From: Vicinamibacterales bacterium
GTDB taxonomy: Bacteria; Acidobacteriota; Vicinamibacteria; Vicinamibacterales; UBA8438
NCBI GenBank assembly: GCA_965221305.1
Contig: OZ244881.1
Span: forward strand, 749,159 to 813,158
DNA length: 64,000 bases
Direction of reading: 5' to 3'
This document shows positions 55,957-64,000 of this stretch, piece after piece (position 1 is the stretch's first letter; each line of letters begins with the position of its first letter). The position numbers were made by a program, and so were the translations under genes. A model generated the notes under the pieces. The model had not been told where the DNA came from. It made no database searches and worked only from the letters and a program-made list of their open reading frames with translations.

Positions 55957-57321
55957 ATGCGCGGCACGTTTCTCACCGGCTTCGTCCTGGTCTCCATGCT
56001 CGCGATGGGCCTCGCCGCCCCGGCTGCGGCCCAGCCGGCCCAGTGGCCGGGGTTCCGCGGCCCGGCCGCCGGCGCCGTCGCCGACGACCCTCGGCTGCCC
56101 GAGACCTGGAGCGAGACCGAGAACGTCGTCTGGGTCGCCGACGTGCCCGGCCTCGGCTGGAGCTCTCCCGTCGTCTGGGACGACCACGTTTTCGTGACCA
56201 CCGCCGTCAGCGCCGGCGACGAGCCGCCGCCGCAGCCGGGGCTCTACGACCCCGGGGCCGACTTCGGGGCCACTCCCGCCGCGGCCGCGCACCGGTGGTT
56301 CGTCTACGACCTCTCCTTCTCGACGGGCGAGGTCCGCTGGGTGCGCGAGCTCTACTCGGCCGTGCCCGCCATCGAGCGGCACATCAAGAACAGCTTCGCG
56401 TCGGAGACTCCCGTTACCGACGGCGAGCGGCTCTACGTCTACTTCGGCACGGTCGGCCTCGTCGCCGCCCTCGACTTCGAGGGGCAGGTGGTCTGGACGA
56501 GGGAGATCGGCGTCTTCAACGGCTGGCAACGGTTCGGCACCGCCGCCTCGCCGGCCCTGCACGACGGGCGGCTCTACATCGTCAACGACAACACCACGGG
56601 GTCGTTCCTGCTCGCCCTCGACGCGAGCACCGGCGACACGGTCTGGCGCATCGAGCGCGACGAGAACGAGAACTGGTCGAGCCCCTTCGTGTGGGAGAAC
56701 GATCTCCGGACCGAGGTCGTGACGGCGGGCCGGCGCCGCGTACGGTCCTACGATCTCGACGGCCGCGAGTTGTGGGAGATCGGCGGCATGACCGTCAACG
56801 TGGTCCCCACGCCGTTCGCCCGCGACGGGCTCGTCTACATCAGCTCGGGCTATCCCGGCGGCATGCCGCGGCCCGTCTACGCCATCCGCGCCGGCGCTTC
56901 GGGAGACATCTCGCTCGCGCCGGGCGACGCCGGCAACGACTACGTCGTCTGGTACCAGCCGATGTTGGGCACCTACAACACGTCGGCGCTGGTCTACCAG
57001 GGCGCCTACTACACGCTGCTCGACCGCGGGTTCCTGCTGAGCCACGACGCCCGCACGGGCCGCGAGATCTACGGCCGCACCCGCATCCGCCCCGGCACCG
57101 GGTTCACCGCCTCGCCGTGGGCCTACAACGGCCGCGTGTTCCTGCTCGGCGAGGACGGCGACACGTTCGTCGTCCGCGCCGGTCCCGAGTTCGAGCTGCT
57201 GCACACCAACTCGCTCAACGAGATGGCCCTCGCCACCCCTGCCGTCGTGCGCGGCAGCCTGATTCTGCGCACGCAGTCCAAGCTCTACCGCATCAGCAAC
57301 GACGTGACGAGTTCGCGCTAG
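55957..57321 (+). CDS. PQQ-binding-like beta-propeller protein
   Basis: QWPGFRGP, GWSSPVVW, ASETPVTDG and ASP repeats. Confidence 0.9.
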   Translation: MRGTFLTGFVLVSMLAMGLAAPAAAQPAQWPGFRGPAAGAVADDPRLPETWSETENVVWVADVPGLGWSSPVVWDDHVFVTTAVSAGDEPPPQPGLYDPGADFGATPAAAAHRWFVYDLSFSTGEVRWVRELYSAVPAIERHIKNSFASETPVTDGERLYVYFGTVGLVAALDFEGQVVWTREIGVFNGWQRFGTAASPALHDGRLYIVNDNTTGSFLLALDASTGDTVWRIERDENENWSSPFVWENDLRTEVVTAGRRRVRSYDLDGRELWEIGGMTVNVVPTPFARDGLVYISSGYPGGMPRPVYAIRAGASGDISLAPGDAGNDYVVWYQPMLGTYNTSALVYQGAYYTLLDRGFLLSHDARTGREIYGRTRIRPGTGFTASPWAYNGRVFLLGEDGDTFVVRAGPEFELLHTNSLNEMALATPAVVRGSLILRTQSKLYRISNDVTSSR

Positions 57322-57536
57322 AGCTGGAGGCTTCGAGGTCGACGCGATTCTCCACCGTTGTGAGGCGTGTCCGCGCAGATCCGTCGACCGGTAACGCCTC
57401 CCCGCGGACGCATCCAAGGCGGACAGTTCCAGCGGGCGGCGGCACCGAAGGGCGTCGACAGCCTGCGGCTGCGCTGGCTACGGGTGGAACGTTCGTAACC
57501 CCGACGGCGCGCGGCCGCGGGCTGTGGAGGGCCGGA

Positions 57537-57737
57537 TCAGGGTTCCTGCCCCAACTCCCGTTTGATCTGCGTCAGCGTGAACGCCCTCCCGGCAGCGTGA
57601 TCGGCGCGTCCCTCGTGGATGGCGCTGATGGCGTCCTCGCTCAAGGTCGTCTCGCTTCTGGACGGTTCGGGCTGCGCCGAAGGCGCCTTCTCTCGCATGC
57701 GGGGGCTCGCAGACGGAGTCTCGTCAATCGTCGGCAT
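57537..57737 (-). CDS. Small antitoxin-like protein
   Basis: RBS GGAGAGG; C-terminal LSEDAISAIHEGRADHAAGRAFTLTQIKRELG resembles antitoxin tails. Confidence 0.55.
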   Translation of the reverse strand: MPTIDETPSASPRMREKAPSAQPEPSRSETTLSEDAISAIHEGRADHAAGRAFTLTQIKRELGQEP

Positions 57738-57832
57738 CGTAAGTTACCTCTCCCTCGGCTTGGGGTCGTTCGGCGGCCGAGCCGGTACACTGTGGAGGGT
57801 CGGGAGCGTCGCGAGGGGCAGGGAGTCGGGCG

Positions 57833-58435
57833 ATGATGGAGCTCGCAAGACACGCATCGGGCGGTGGCGGGGTCGGCGCCGCGAGCCGTCTCCTCGTGAC
57901 GGCGGGGGCGATTCCCCTTGCCGCGGCGGTGACGATGGCGGCCGCGCAACTGCCGGAGGATCTGCGCGAGCGGGCCGAGGGTGGGGAGGTGTCCGCGCAG
58001 GCGGAACTCGGCCGCCGCTACTACGTCGGGGAGGGCGTGCGGCAGGACGACGCGGAGGCCGTTCGCTGGACCCGGCTCGCGGCCGAGCAGGGCCATGCGC
58101 CCGCGCAGTACAGCCTCGGTCTCCTCCACTACCGCGGTCGCGGCGTTGCCGGTGACGACAGGGCGGCGGCGCGCTGGTATCGGGCGGCGGCCGAGCAGGG
58201 CCACGCCCCGGCCCAGGCCGCGCTGAGTTCGCTCTATGCGTACGGCGCCGGGGTCGATGAGGACCCGGTCCTGGCCAGCATGTGGATCGAGCTGGCCTGG
58301 CGGTCGAGCCTCGACGGCGGCGACTGGCGTCTCTATGCCCGCCAGCGCGCCGAGCTGGCGGAGTGGCTGACTCCCGAACAGATGGCGGAGGGCCGCCGTC
58401 TCGCCCGGGAGTGGACGCCGGCGCCTCCACCGTGA
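57833..58435 (+). CDS. Sel1-repeat protein
   Basis: AQAELG..Y..G.GV.QD..EAV.W...AAEQG repeats. Confidence 0.92.
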   Translation: MMELARHASGGGGVGAASRLLVTAGAIPLAAAVTMAAAQLPEDLRERAEGGEVSAQAELGRRYYVGEGVRQDDAEAVRWTRLAAEQGHAPAQYSLGLLHYRGRGVAGDDRAAARWYRAAAEQGHAPAQAALSSLYAYGAGVDEDPVLASMWIELAWRSSLDGGDWRLYARQRAELAEWLTPEQMAEGRRLAREWTPAPPP

Positions 58436-58467
58436 CCCGCTGCGGCTCATCCGGTCACTCCCAACGG

Positions 58468-59232
58468 TCACTCCCAACGGAAGACCCGCGACGCAATCAG
58501 CGTGCACACGCCGAAGACGACGAGAAGCGCGGCGACGTCGCCGACATGGGCCGACCACGGGTCGCCCTGCCAGATGCCCGAGAGCAGGGAGACGGCGTAG
58601 GTCAGGGGAATTACCCTCGATATCGCCTGCATCGCGGGCGGGAGCGCCTCCACCGGGACGAACAGCCCGCAGAACGGCAGCATCGAATAGAGGAAGAGGC
58701 TGCCGAGCGGCGGAGCGAAGCGCGCGGTGCGGACGAGGCTGGCGATGATGAAGCCGATGGACAGGATGCTCCAGGTGCTGAAGAGCAGGGCCACCGTGAA
58801 CGAGAGCAGCGGCACGTCGGCGCCGGCGGGGTAGTAGCGGCGTCCCGCGAGGAACATCAGGAGAACGGTGACGGCGGTCAGGGCGAGCTTGACGAGCACG
58901 TGGGTGACGAGGATGGTGACGGGGCTGAGGGGCGTCGCCCGCAGCCGCTTGAGGATGCCGCCCTCGCGGTAGATGGCGATGATCGCGACCAGCGACAGGA
59001 CGGCGCTGATGGCGATGAACACCGCCACGAAGACGGGGAGGCCCGTGCGCATCGCCATCGCGGTCGGCGACGCGGCCTCGGCGAGCCGCGGGCCGAACGT
59101 GCGCCCCAGCACGAGGAACATCAGCACCGGTATGACGACCGAGCCGATGAGGCCCATCGGCTCGCGCACGAAGATCTTCATCTCGAGCCAGGTGAGCCTG
59201 CCGAGGCCGCGCAGGGGGAGGCGTCGGATCAT
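58468..59232 (-). CDS. ABC-2 type transporter permease
   Basis: YREGGILKRLRATP, LPPAMQ, PLTY and C-terminal FRWE. Confidence 0.93.
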   Translation of the reverse strand: MIRRLPLRGLGRLTWLEMKIFVREPMGLIGSVVIPVLMFLVLGRTFGPRLAEAASPTAMAMRTGLPVFVAVFIAISAVLSLVAIIAIYREGGILKRLRATPLSPVTILVTHVLVKLALTAVTVLLMFLAGRRYYPAGADVPLLSFTVALLFSTWSILSIGFIIASLVRTARFAPPLGSLFLYSMLPFCGLFVPVEALPPAMQAISRVIPLTYAVSLLSGIWQGDPWSAHVGDVAALLVVFGVCTLIASRVFRWE

Positions 59233-59264
59233 GGACATCGACGGTCGCGGTCTTTGCGTTACGG

Positions 59265-60185
59265 TCAGTCGCGGATGGAGTGGCCGGTCAGGGTGAGGAA
59301 GACGTCCTCGAGTGTCGGTTCCTCGGTGCGAAACGCAGTGACTCGCATGCGGTGCTCCGAGAGGCAGTGGATGACCTCGGTCACGAGGTCCTCTCCGCGC
59401 CCGCGGATGGTGTGCCGGTCCCCGTCGCGATCGACGGCGTCCGCCGAGTCGAGGTTAGCGAACCGGGCCGCCGCGCCGTCGTGGGCGGTCGTCACCACGA
59501 CGCTGCGTCGAGGGCAGTGCCGGGCGACGAGTCCGGCCGGGGTGTCGTGGTCGACGATGCGCCCGTGCTCGATGATGGCGACGCGATCGCAGAGCCGTTC
59601 CGCCTCCTCCATCAGGTGGGTGGTAAGGAACACCGTCTGCCCGCGGTCGCGGATGCCGCGCACCAAGTCCCAGATGGCCCGGCGCGCCTGGGGGTCGAGG
59701 CCCGTCGTGAGCTCGTCGAGGAACACCAGCTCAGGTGCGTTGATGAGGGCGAGGGCGATGAACAGCCGCTGCTTCTGTCCCCCCGACAGGGTCATGAACC
59801 ACGCGTCGCGCCGGTCGGTCAGCCCCAGCTGGTCGAGCAGCCGGTCGCCGTCGATTGACGTGTCGTAGAGGGTGGCCCACAGGTCCACCGCCTCCCACAC
59901 CTTGATGCGCTTCTGGAGCTGCGCTTCCTGGAGCTGCACGCCGATGCGCGGTTGCAGGGCGTCCGCGTCCCGGATGGGGTCGAGGCCGAGGACCTCGATG
60001 CGTCCCCGGTCGGGCCGCCGCAGGCCCTCGACGCACTCCATGGTGGTGGTCTTGCCGGCCCCGTTCGGGCCGATCAGGCCGAAGATCTCGCCCGCCTCGA
60101 CCGCGAACGAGACGTCGTCCACGGCCACGGTCGCGCCGTAGGCCTTCCGGATGCCGGAGACGCGGACCACCGGCGTGTCTTCCAT
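59265..60185 (-). CDS. ABC transporter ATP-binding protein (DrrA-like)
   Basis: GPNGAGKTT, LSGGQKQR, FLDELTTGLD and TTH. Confidence 0.95.
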   Translation of the reverse strand: MEDTPVVRVSGIRKAYGATVAVDDVSFAVEAGEIFGLIGPNGAGKTTTMECVEGLRRPDRGRIEVLGLDPIRDADALQPRIGVQLQEAQLQKRIKVWEAVDLWATLYDTSIDGDRLLDQLGLTDRRDAWFMTLSGGQKQRLFIALALINAPELVFLDELTTGLDPQARRAIWDLVRGIRDRGQTVFLTTHLMEEAERLCDRVAIIEHGRIVDHDTPAGLVARHCPRRSVVVTTAHDGAAARFANLDSADAVDRDGDRHTIRGRGEDLVTEVIHCLSEHRMRVTAFRTEEPTLEDVFLTLTGHSIRD

Positions 60186-60216
60186 GCGGGTGAGATCGTA
60201 TCAGTGCGCCGTCGGC

Positions 60217-60245
60217 TTGACACGAGGGACGGAACCGTTTGCAAT
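60217..60245 (+). promoter_or_regulatory. Putative sigma70 promoter TTGACA-N17-TGCAAT
   Basis: Exact 17-bp spacing, ~70 bp upstream of the NIPSNAP ATG. Confidence 0.55.
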
Positions 60246-60317
60246 GACGCAGCACCCCCGCCGGCGATGCGCGGCGGGTCGGCATCGGAGACTGGACCAG
60301 AGACCGGGAGGTTCGTG

Positions 60318-60743
60318 ATGAGGCTTTGGAAGACACTGGCTGCGGTGGGCTTCGCGTTCGGCGTGTGCGGGATGGCGTGGGGCCTGTCGGCCCAGCAGCC
60401 GGAGTCGCGGGTGTTCGAGCTGCGCGTCTACAAGGCGGTCGACGGCAAGCGGGGCGAGCTGTCCGACCGGTTCCGCGACCACACCGCCGCCATGTTCGAG
60501 CGGGCGGGGATGGAGAACATCGGCTACTGGAACGCGGCCACCGGCGACGACACCGACGACACGTTCGTCTACATGCTGGGCTACCCGACGATCGAGGCGC
60601 GGGACGAGATGTGGGCGAGGCTCGGGGAGGACCCGGAGTTCCAGCGCATCATCATCTCGGCCGAACGCTCGGAGGACCGGGCGCTGGTCGACACCATCGA
60701 CGCGCGGATGCTCGTGCCGACCGAGTTCTCGGCCATCCGCTGA
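60318..60743 (+). CDS. NIPSNAP family protein, secreted
   Basis: VFELRVY, GMENIGYW and LVPTEFS. Confidence 0.9.
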   Translation: MRLWKTLAAVGFAFGVCGMAWGLSAQQPESRVFELRVYKAVDGKRGELSDRFRDHTAAMFERAGMENIGYWNAATGDDTDDTFVYMLGYPTIEARDEMWARLGEDPEFQRIIISAERSEDRALVDTIDARMLVPTEFSAIR

Positions 60744-60773
60744 CGGCCGGGCACGCAGGAATCGGAGGACGCG

Positions 60774-62750
60774 ATGGCTGATGAGACGATGGCGAGAACC
60801 GGCCGCGGGCGGGCGGTCGGCGCGATGCTGCCGGCCGCGCTGGCCCTGGCCACGGTCGCGGCGGCCCAGCACGGCGTCGACGGCGAGTGGCGCGTCCACG
60901 GCGGCGACAGCGGGTACACCCGCTACGCGGCGCTCGATCAGATCGACGGGGAGACGGTCCACGATCTCGGGGTCGTGTGGCGCCGCCCCGCCGTCGACGC
61001 GAGCCTGCACGCGCGCTGGGACAACCTGCGCTACTCGAACAACCTGCGGTCGACGCCGCTGATGGTCGATGGCGTGCTCTACGCCTCGAACGGCATCGGC
61101 ATCGTCGAGGCCTTCGACCCCGCCACCGGCGAGACCCGCTGGGTGCAGGAGCTGCCGTTCCTCAGCGAAGACGAGACCCCGCGGGGCGCCGCCAACCGCG
61201 GGGTCGGTTACTGGGAGGACGAGGCCGGGGCGGGCCGCCGCATCCTGTCGGTACGGCCGCCGTACCTGCTGGCGACCGACGTGGACACGGGACGGCTGGT
61301 CTCGGAGTTCGGCGACGCCGGCATGGTGGACCTCCGGGTGTTCGAAGACACCGACGAGCTGGTCGACTTCAACTTCACCTCGCCGCCCCTCGTCGTCCGC
61401 GACGTGGTCGTGGTCGGACAGGCCATGGCCGACCATCCCCTGACCATGGAGAACCGCCCCGGCTACGTCCGTGCCTACGACGTCCGGACCGGCGAGCTGC
61501 GGTGGACCTGGAACCCGATTCCCCGGGCCGGCGAGCCGGGGGTCGAGACCTGGCTCGACGACTCGTGGGAGTACTCGGGCATGGGCAACGTCTGGACGAT
61601 GATGAGCGCAGACGAGGAGCTCGGTCTCGTCTACTTGCCCACCGGCGCCCCCAGCAACGACATGTACGGCGGGCACCGGCCCGGCAACAACCTCTACGCC
61701 AACAGCCTCGTCTGCGTGCGGGCGGAGACCGGCGAGATGGTTTGGCACTTCCAGATGGTGCACCACGACCTCTGGGACTACGACAACAACGTCGCCCCCA
61801 TCCTGATGGACATCGTGGTCGACGGCCGCGAGATCAAGGCGGTGGTGCAGCTCACCAAGCAGGCCATGGCCTACACCTTCGACCGGGTCACCGGCGAGCC
61901 GGTGTGGCCCATCGTCGAGCGTCCCGTGCCCGGTTCGGACACCCCCGGCGAGTGGATCGCGCCGACCCAGCCGTTCCCCACGAAGCCCGAGCCGTTCGAC
62001 GTGCACGGCATCTCCGTCGACACCCTCATCGACTTCACCCCCGAGCTGCGGGCCGAGGCCGAGGAGATCGCCGCGCCGTTCGTGCTGGGTGAGATCTACA
62101 CGCCGCCCTCGATCCGCGGCGACGGTGACGGCGACACCAAGGGGACCCTCCAGCTCCCCGGCTCGGTCGGCGGGGCCGAGTGGGGCGGGGCCGGCTTCGA
62201 TCCCGAGACCGGTATGCTCTACGTGCCGTCGGTGACGGGCACGTTCGCGGCCGACCTGACCCCCGGCAACCCCGACCGCATGAACGTGCGCTACACCCGC
62301 GGCACCCGCGCCTTCCCCGAGGGGCCGCAGGGGCTGCCCCTGCTCAAGCCGCCCTACGGCCGCATCACCGCCATCGACATGAACACCGGCGAGCACGTCT
62401 GGATGGTCGCCAACGGCGACGGTCCGCGAGACCACCCCGCCATCGCCCATCTCGACCTCCCGCCCCTCGGCCAGCCGGGCCGCGCGATGACCTTGTTGAC
62501 GAAGACGTTGCTCTTCGTCAGCGAAGGCGACCCCATCATGGTCCGCACGCCGCCCGGCGCCGGCCCCGACGCCGGCAGAGGCTTCCGCGCCTTCGACAAG
62601 GAGACCGGCGACGTGGTGTGGGAGACGACCCTCCCCGCCGGCAACGTCGGCTCGCCGATCACCTACATGCACGGGGGCAAGCAGTACATCGTGCTGCCCA
62701 TCGGCTCGCTGGACCACCCCGGCGAGTGGATCGCGCTGGCGTTGCCGTAG
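60774..62750 (+). CDS. PQQ-dependent dehydrogenase (glucose/quinate type, soluble)
   Basis: TPLMVDG, NRGV, WHFQMVHHDLWDYD, PTQPFP and KPPYG. Confidence 0.93.
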   Translation: MADETMARTGRGRAVGAMLPAALALATVAAAQHGVDGEWRVHGGDSGYTRYAALDQIDGETVHDLGVVWRRPAVDASLHARWDNLRYSNNLRSTPLMVDGVLYASNGIGIVEAFDPATGETRWVQELPFLSEDETPRGAANRGVGYWEDEAGAGRRILSVRPPYLLATDVDTGRLVSEFGDAGMVDLRVFEDTDELVDFNFTSPPLVVRDVVVVGQAMADHPLTMENRPGYVRAYDVRTGELRWTWNPIPRAGEPGVETWLDDSWEYSGMGNVWTMMSADEELGLVYLPTGAPSNDMYGGHRPGNNLYANSLVCVRAETGEMVWHFQMVHHDLWDYDNNVAPILMDIVVDGREIKAVVQLTKQAMAYTFDRVTGEPVWPIVERPVPGSDTPGEWIAPTQPFPTKPEPFDVHGISVDTLIDFTPELRAEAEEIAAPFVLGEIYTPPSIRGDGDGDTKGTLQLPGSVGGAEWGGAGFDPETGMLYVPSVTGTFAADLTPGNPDRMNVRYTRGTRAFPEGPQGLPLLKPPYGRITAIDMNTGEHVWMVANGDGPRDHPAIAHLDLPPLGQPGRAMTLLTKTLLFVSEGDPIMVRTPPGAGPDAGRGFRAFDKETGDVVWETTLPAGNVGSPITYMHGGKQYIVLPIGSLDHPGEWIALALP

Positions 62751-62784
62751 GGCCGTGCCGCCGACCGCCGAGGAATCCGGCGCA

Positions 62785-62893
62785 CGATGCGCCCTTCATG
62801 GAGCGTTCGGTTCGCGACTTCGCTTATCGACGTTGGGGGGAATTGGCTTAGTAGAAGCCCGATGCGCCCGTTCATGGAGCGTTCGGTTCGTGA
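62785..62893. repeat. ~33-bp direct repeat spanning the vapC stop, 75-bp period
   Basis: CGATGCGCCC(G)TTCATGGAGCGTTCGGTTCG at 62785 and 62860. Confidence 0.85.
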
Positions 62894-63312
62894 GTAGCGC
62901 CGGAACCGGTAACGGACGGATCCAGGCACGGTACGCCGGTCGGTTCGAAGTGCCGGACGTTGCGGGTCACCACCGTCAAGCCGTGCTCGAGAGCGGTGGC
63001 GGCAATCAGCAGGTCCGTGTCTTCATGTCCGAGATCGCCGGACAGGCGGCCCCAGCGCCGGGCGGTCGACGCGTCGACAGGGAGAATCCGGTCGCCGTAC
63101 AGCGAGAGCACGCTGTCCAACCAGGTCGCGAGGGCGCGGGCGAATGCCGGGTCGCGCCCCCGTTGTCGCGTGATTCCGCGCTCGATCTCCGCCACCGTTA
63201 CGACGCTCAAGTAGAGGTCGGTGGTCCGCTGCCCCGCCATCCATCGACTGACGCCGGGGCTGCGTTCCGGTCTGCGGAGCAGCGACAGCACGTCGGTGTC
63301 GACGAGGAACAT
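62872..63312 (-). CDS. vapC: PIN-domain toxin
   Basis: FLVDTDVLS, VAEI, DLLIAATA and VTRNVRHF. Confidence 0.93.
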   Translation of the reverse strand: MFLVDTDVLSLLRRPERSPGVSRWMAGQRTTDLYLSVVTVAEIERGITRQRGRDPAFARALATWLDSVLSLYGDRILPVDASTARRWGRLSGDLGHEDTDLLIAATALEHGLTVVTRNVRHFEPTGVPCLDPSVTGSGATHEPNAP

Positions 63313-63566
63313 CAGAGGTCCACCGGTCGGGAGGGCAGCCGGATGCGCTCGAATTCGCCGCCCCCGTGCGGGATCGCCAGCAACAGATCCGGAAACGTCG
63401 GTGCGCGTGCCTTCTCCAGGTGGATCAGGTGCTCGTATTCCTCTACCGCGAGCACCACGACGGCGGGCCTGCCGCGCCGGGTTACCCGCTGCGGGCCGCC
63501 TGCGAGCGCGGCATCGACGACCGCGCTGAATCGGTTCTTGGCATCGTGCAGGGGCCAATCGGTCAT
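63312..63566 (-). CDS. Phd/YefM family antitoxin
   Basis: DAKNRFSAVV and PQRVTRRGRPAVV; 1-nt overlap with the toxin gene. Confidence 0.93.
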   Translation of the reverse strand: MTDWPLHDAKNRFSAVVDAALAGGPQRVTRRGRPAVVVLAVEEYEHLIHLEKARAPTFPDLLLAIPHGGGEFERIRLPSRPVDL

Positions 63567-63574
63567 GACGCGTC

Positions 63575-63624
63575 CTGGCTAGTTGTCATGTCTAGATTTT
63601 CATTCTGGCTAGATTGCGTGTCAA
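63575..63624 (-). promoter_or_regulatory. Putative TA promoter TTGACA-N17-GAAAAT with repeated CTAG-core operator sites
   Basis: TGTCAA at 63619-63624; CTGGCTAG at 63575 and 63605; TCTAGA at 63591. Confidence 0.55.
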
Positions 63625-63933
63625 GACTGCCGGCGTCTCGTCCCTTCGCCTCGGCGGTGCGCAGACGAGCGTCGGTGGTCCCGTAGACGAAGAGTCCGCG
63701 GGAGTGGCGGTTGTGGGGACGCGAGCCGTCTGCTACGGTTCTCGTAGAGCAGGCTGCGCCCGGCCGGCAAGGCGTGCCGTTCACGACGGGATGCAGCCTC
63801 GTTGGCGTGTCGCGGAGTTGCCGCCCGCGCTGGAATGGATGGGTACCGGCGTCGTTGGCGCGGCCCCGGAGGAGTTCGACGCCGGCGGCGCGGAGAACCC
63901 TTGTCGTGAACCCTTGTCCCGGAGAGAACCGAA

Positions 63934-64000
63934 ATGCGCGTGTCTCATCAGTCTGCGACCACCCTGCTCGCACTGGCGTTGCTGCTGGCCCCGGCCGCCG
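63934..64000 (+). CDS. Start of a secreted protein, 3' truncated
   Basis: RBS GGAGAG; MRVSHQSATTLLALALLLAPAA. Confidence 0.6.
   Translation, partial: MRVSHQSATTLLALALLLAPAA

Noticed and set aside
1-64000. tRNA, rRNA, integrase, transposase, reverse transcriptase or cas genes
   Set aside because: None recognised by eye; a covariance-model/HMM scan would be needed to exclude small RNAs

Overview
Very GC-rich bacterial DNA. The gene families (two ADOP-type permeases, VWA and TPR proteins, DUF6152, PQQ-like propellers, secreted 'GDTLVVET' proteins) point to Acidobacteriota, probably Vicinamibacteria; this is inference. It holds about 60 CDS. I saw no rRNA, tRNA, cas gene or transposase. Main blocks: (1) secreted-protein cluster with a haem c/copper-monooxygenase-like protein (1-4772); (2) an uncharacterised ~13.5 kb cluster joining GTP-heterocycle enzymes (RibA, RibD-like reductase, creatininase, Cys-less PTPS/QueD) to glycosyl-, methyl- and CDP-alcohol-phosphotransferases, a flippase-like protein and a sulfatase-like protein (5085-18582); (3) an ABC exporter/glycosyltransferase/PIG-L/methyltransferase operon containing an orphan CRISPR-like mini-array of four 28-bp repeats and three unique 33-bp spacers (22615-22825); (4) CBS-korA-korB-CBS; (5) mqnB-mqnD; (6) TPR-VWA-ADOP-ADOP; (7) an FAD/Fe-S oxidoreductase divergent from a serine-glyoxylate aminotransferase; (8) PQQ proteins, an ABC-2 transporter and a Phd-VapC pair. 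The intergenic DNA is unusually structured: a CTAG-bounded 111-bp MITE (3 copies), a degenerate ~80-bp dispersed element (at least 8 copies, two of them translated), and repeated 'echo' duplications of gene 3' ends at 60-80 bp spacing. All calls come from reading motifs by eye, and start codons are best estimates.
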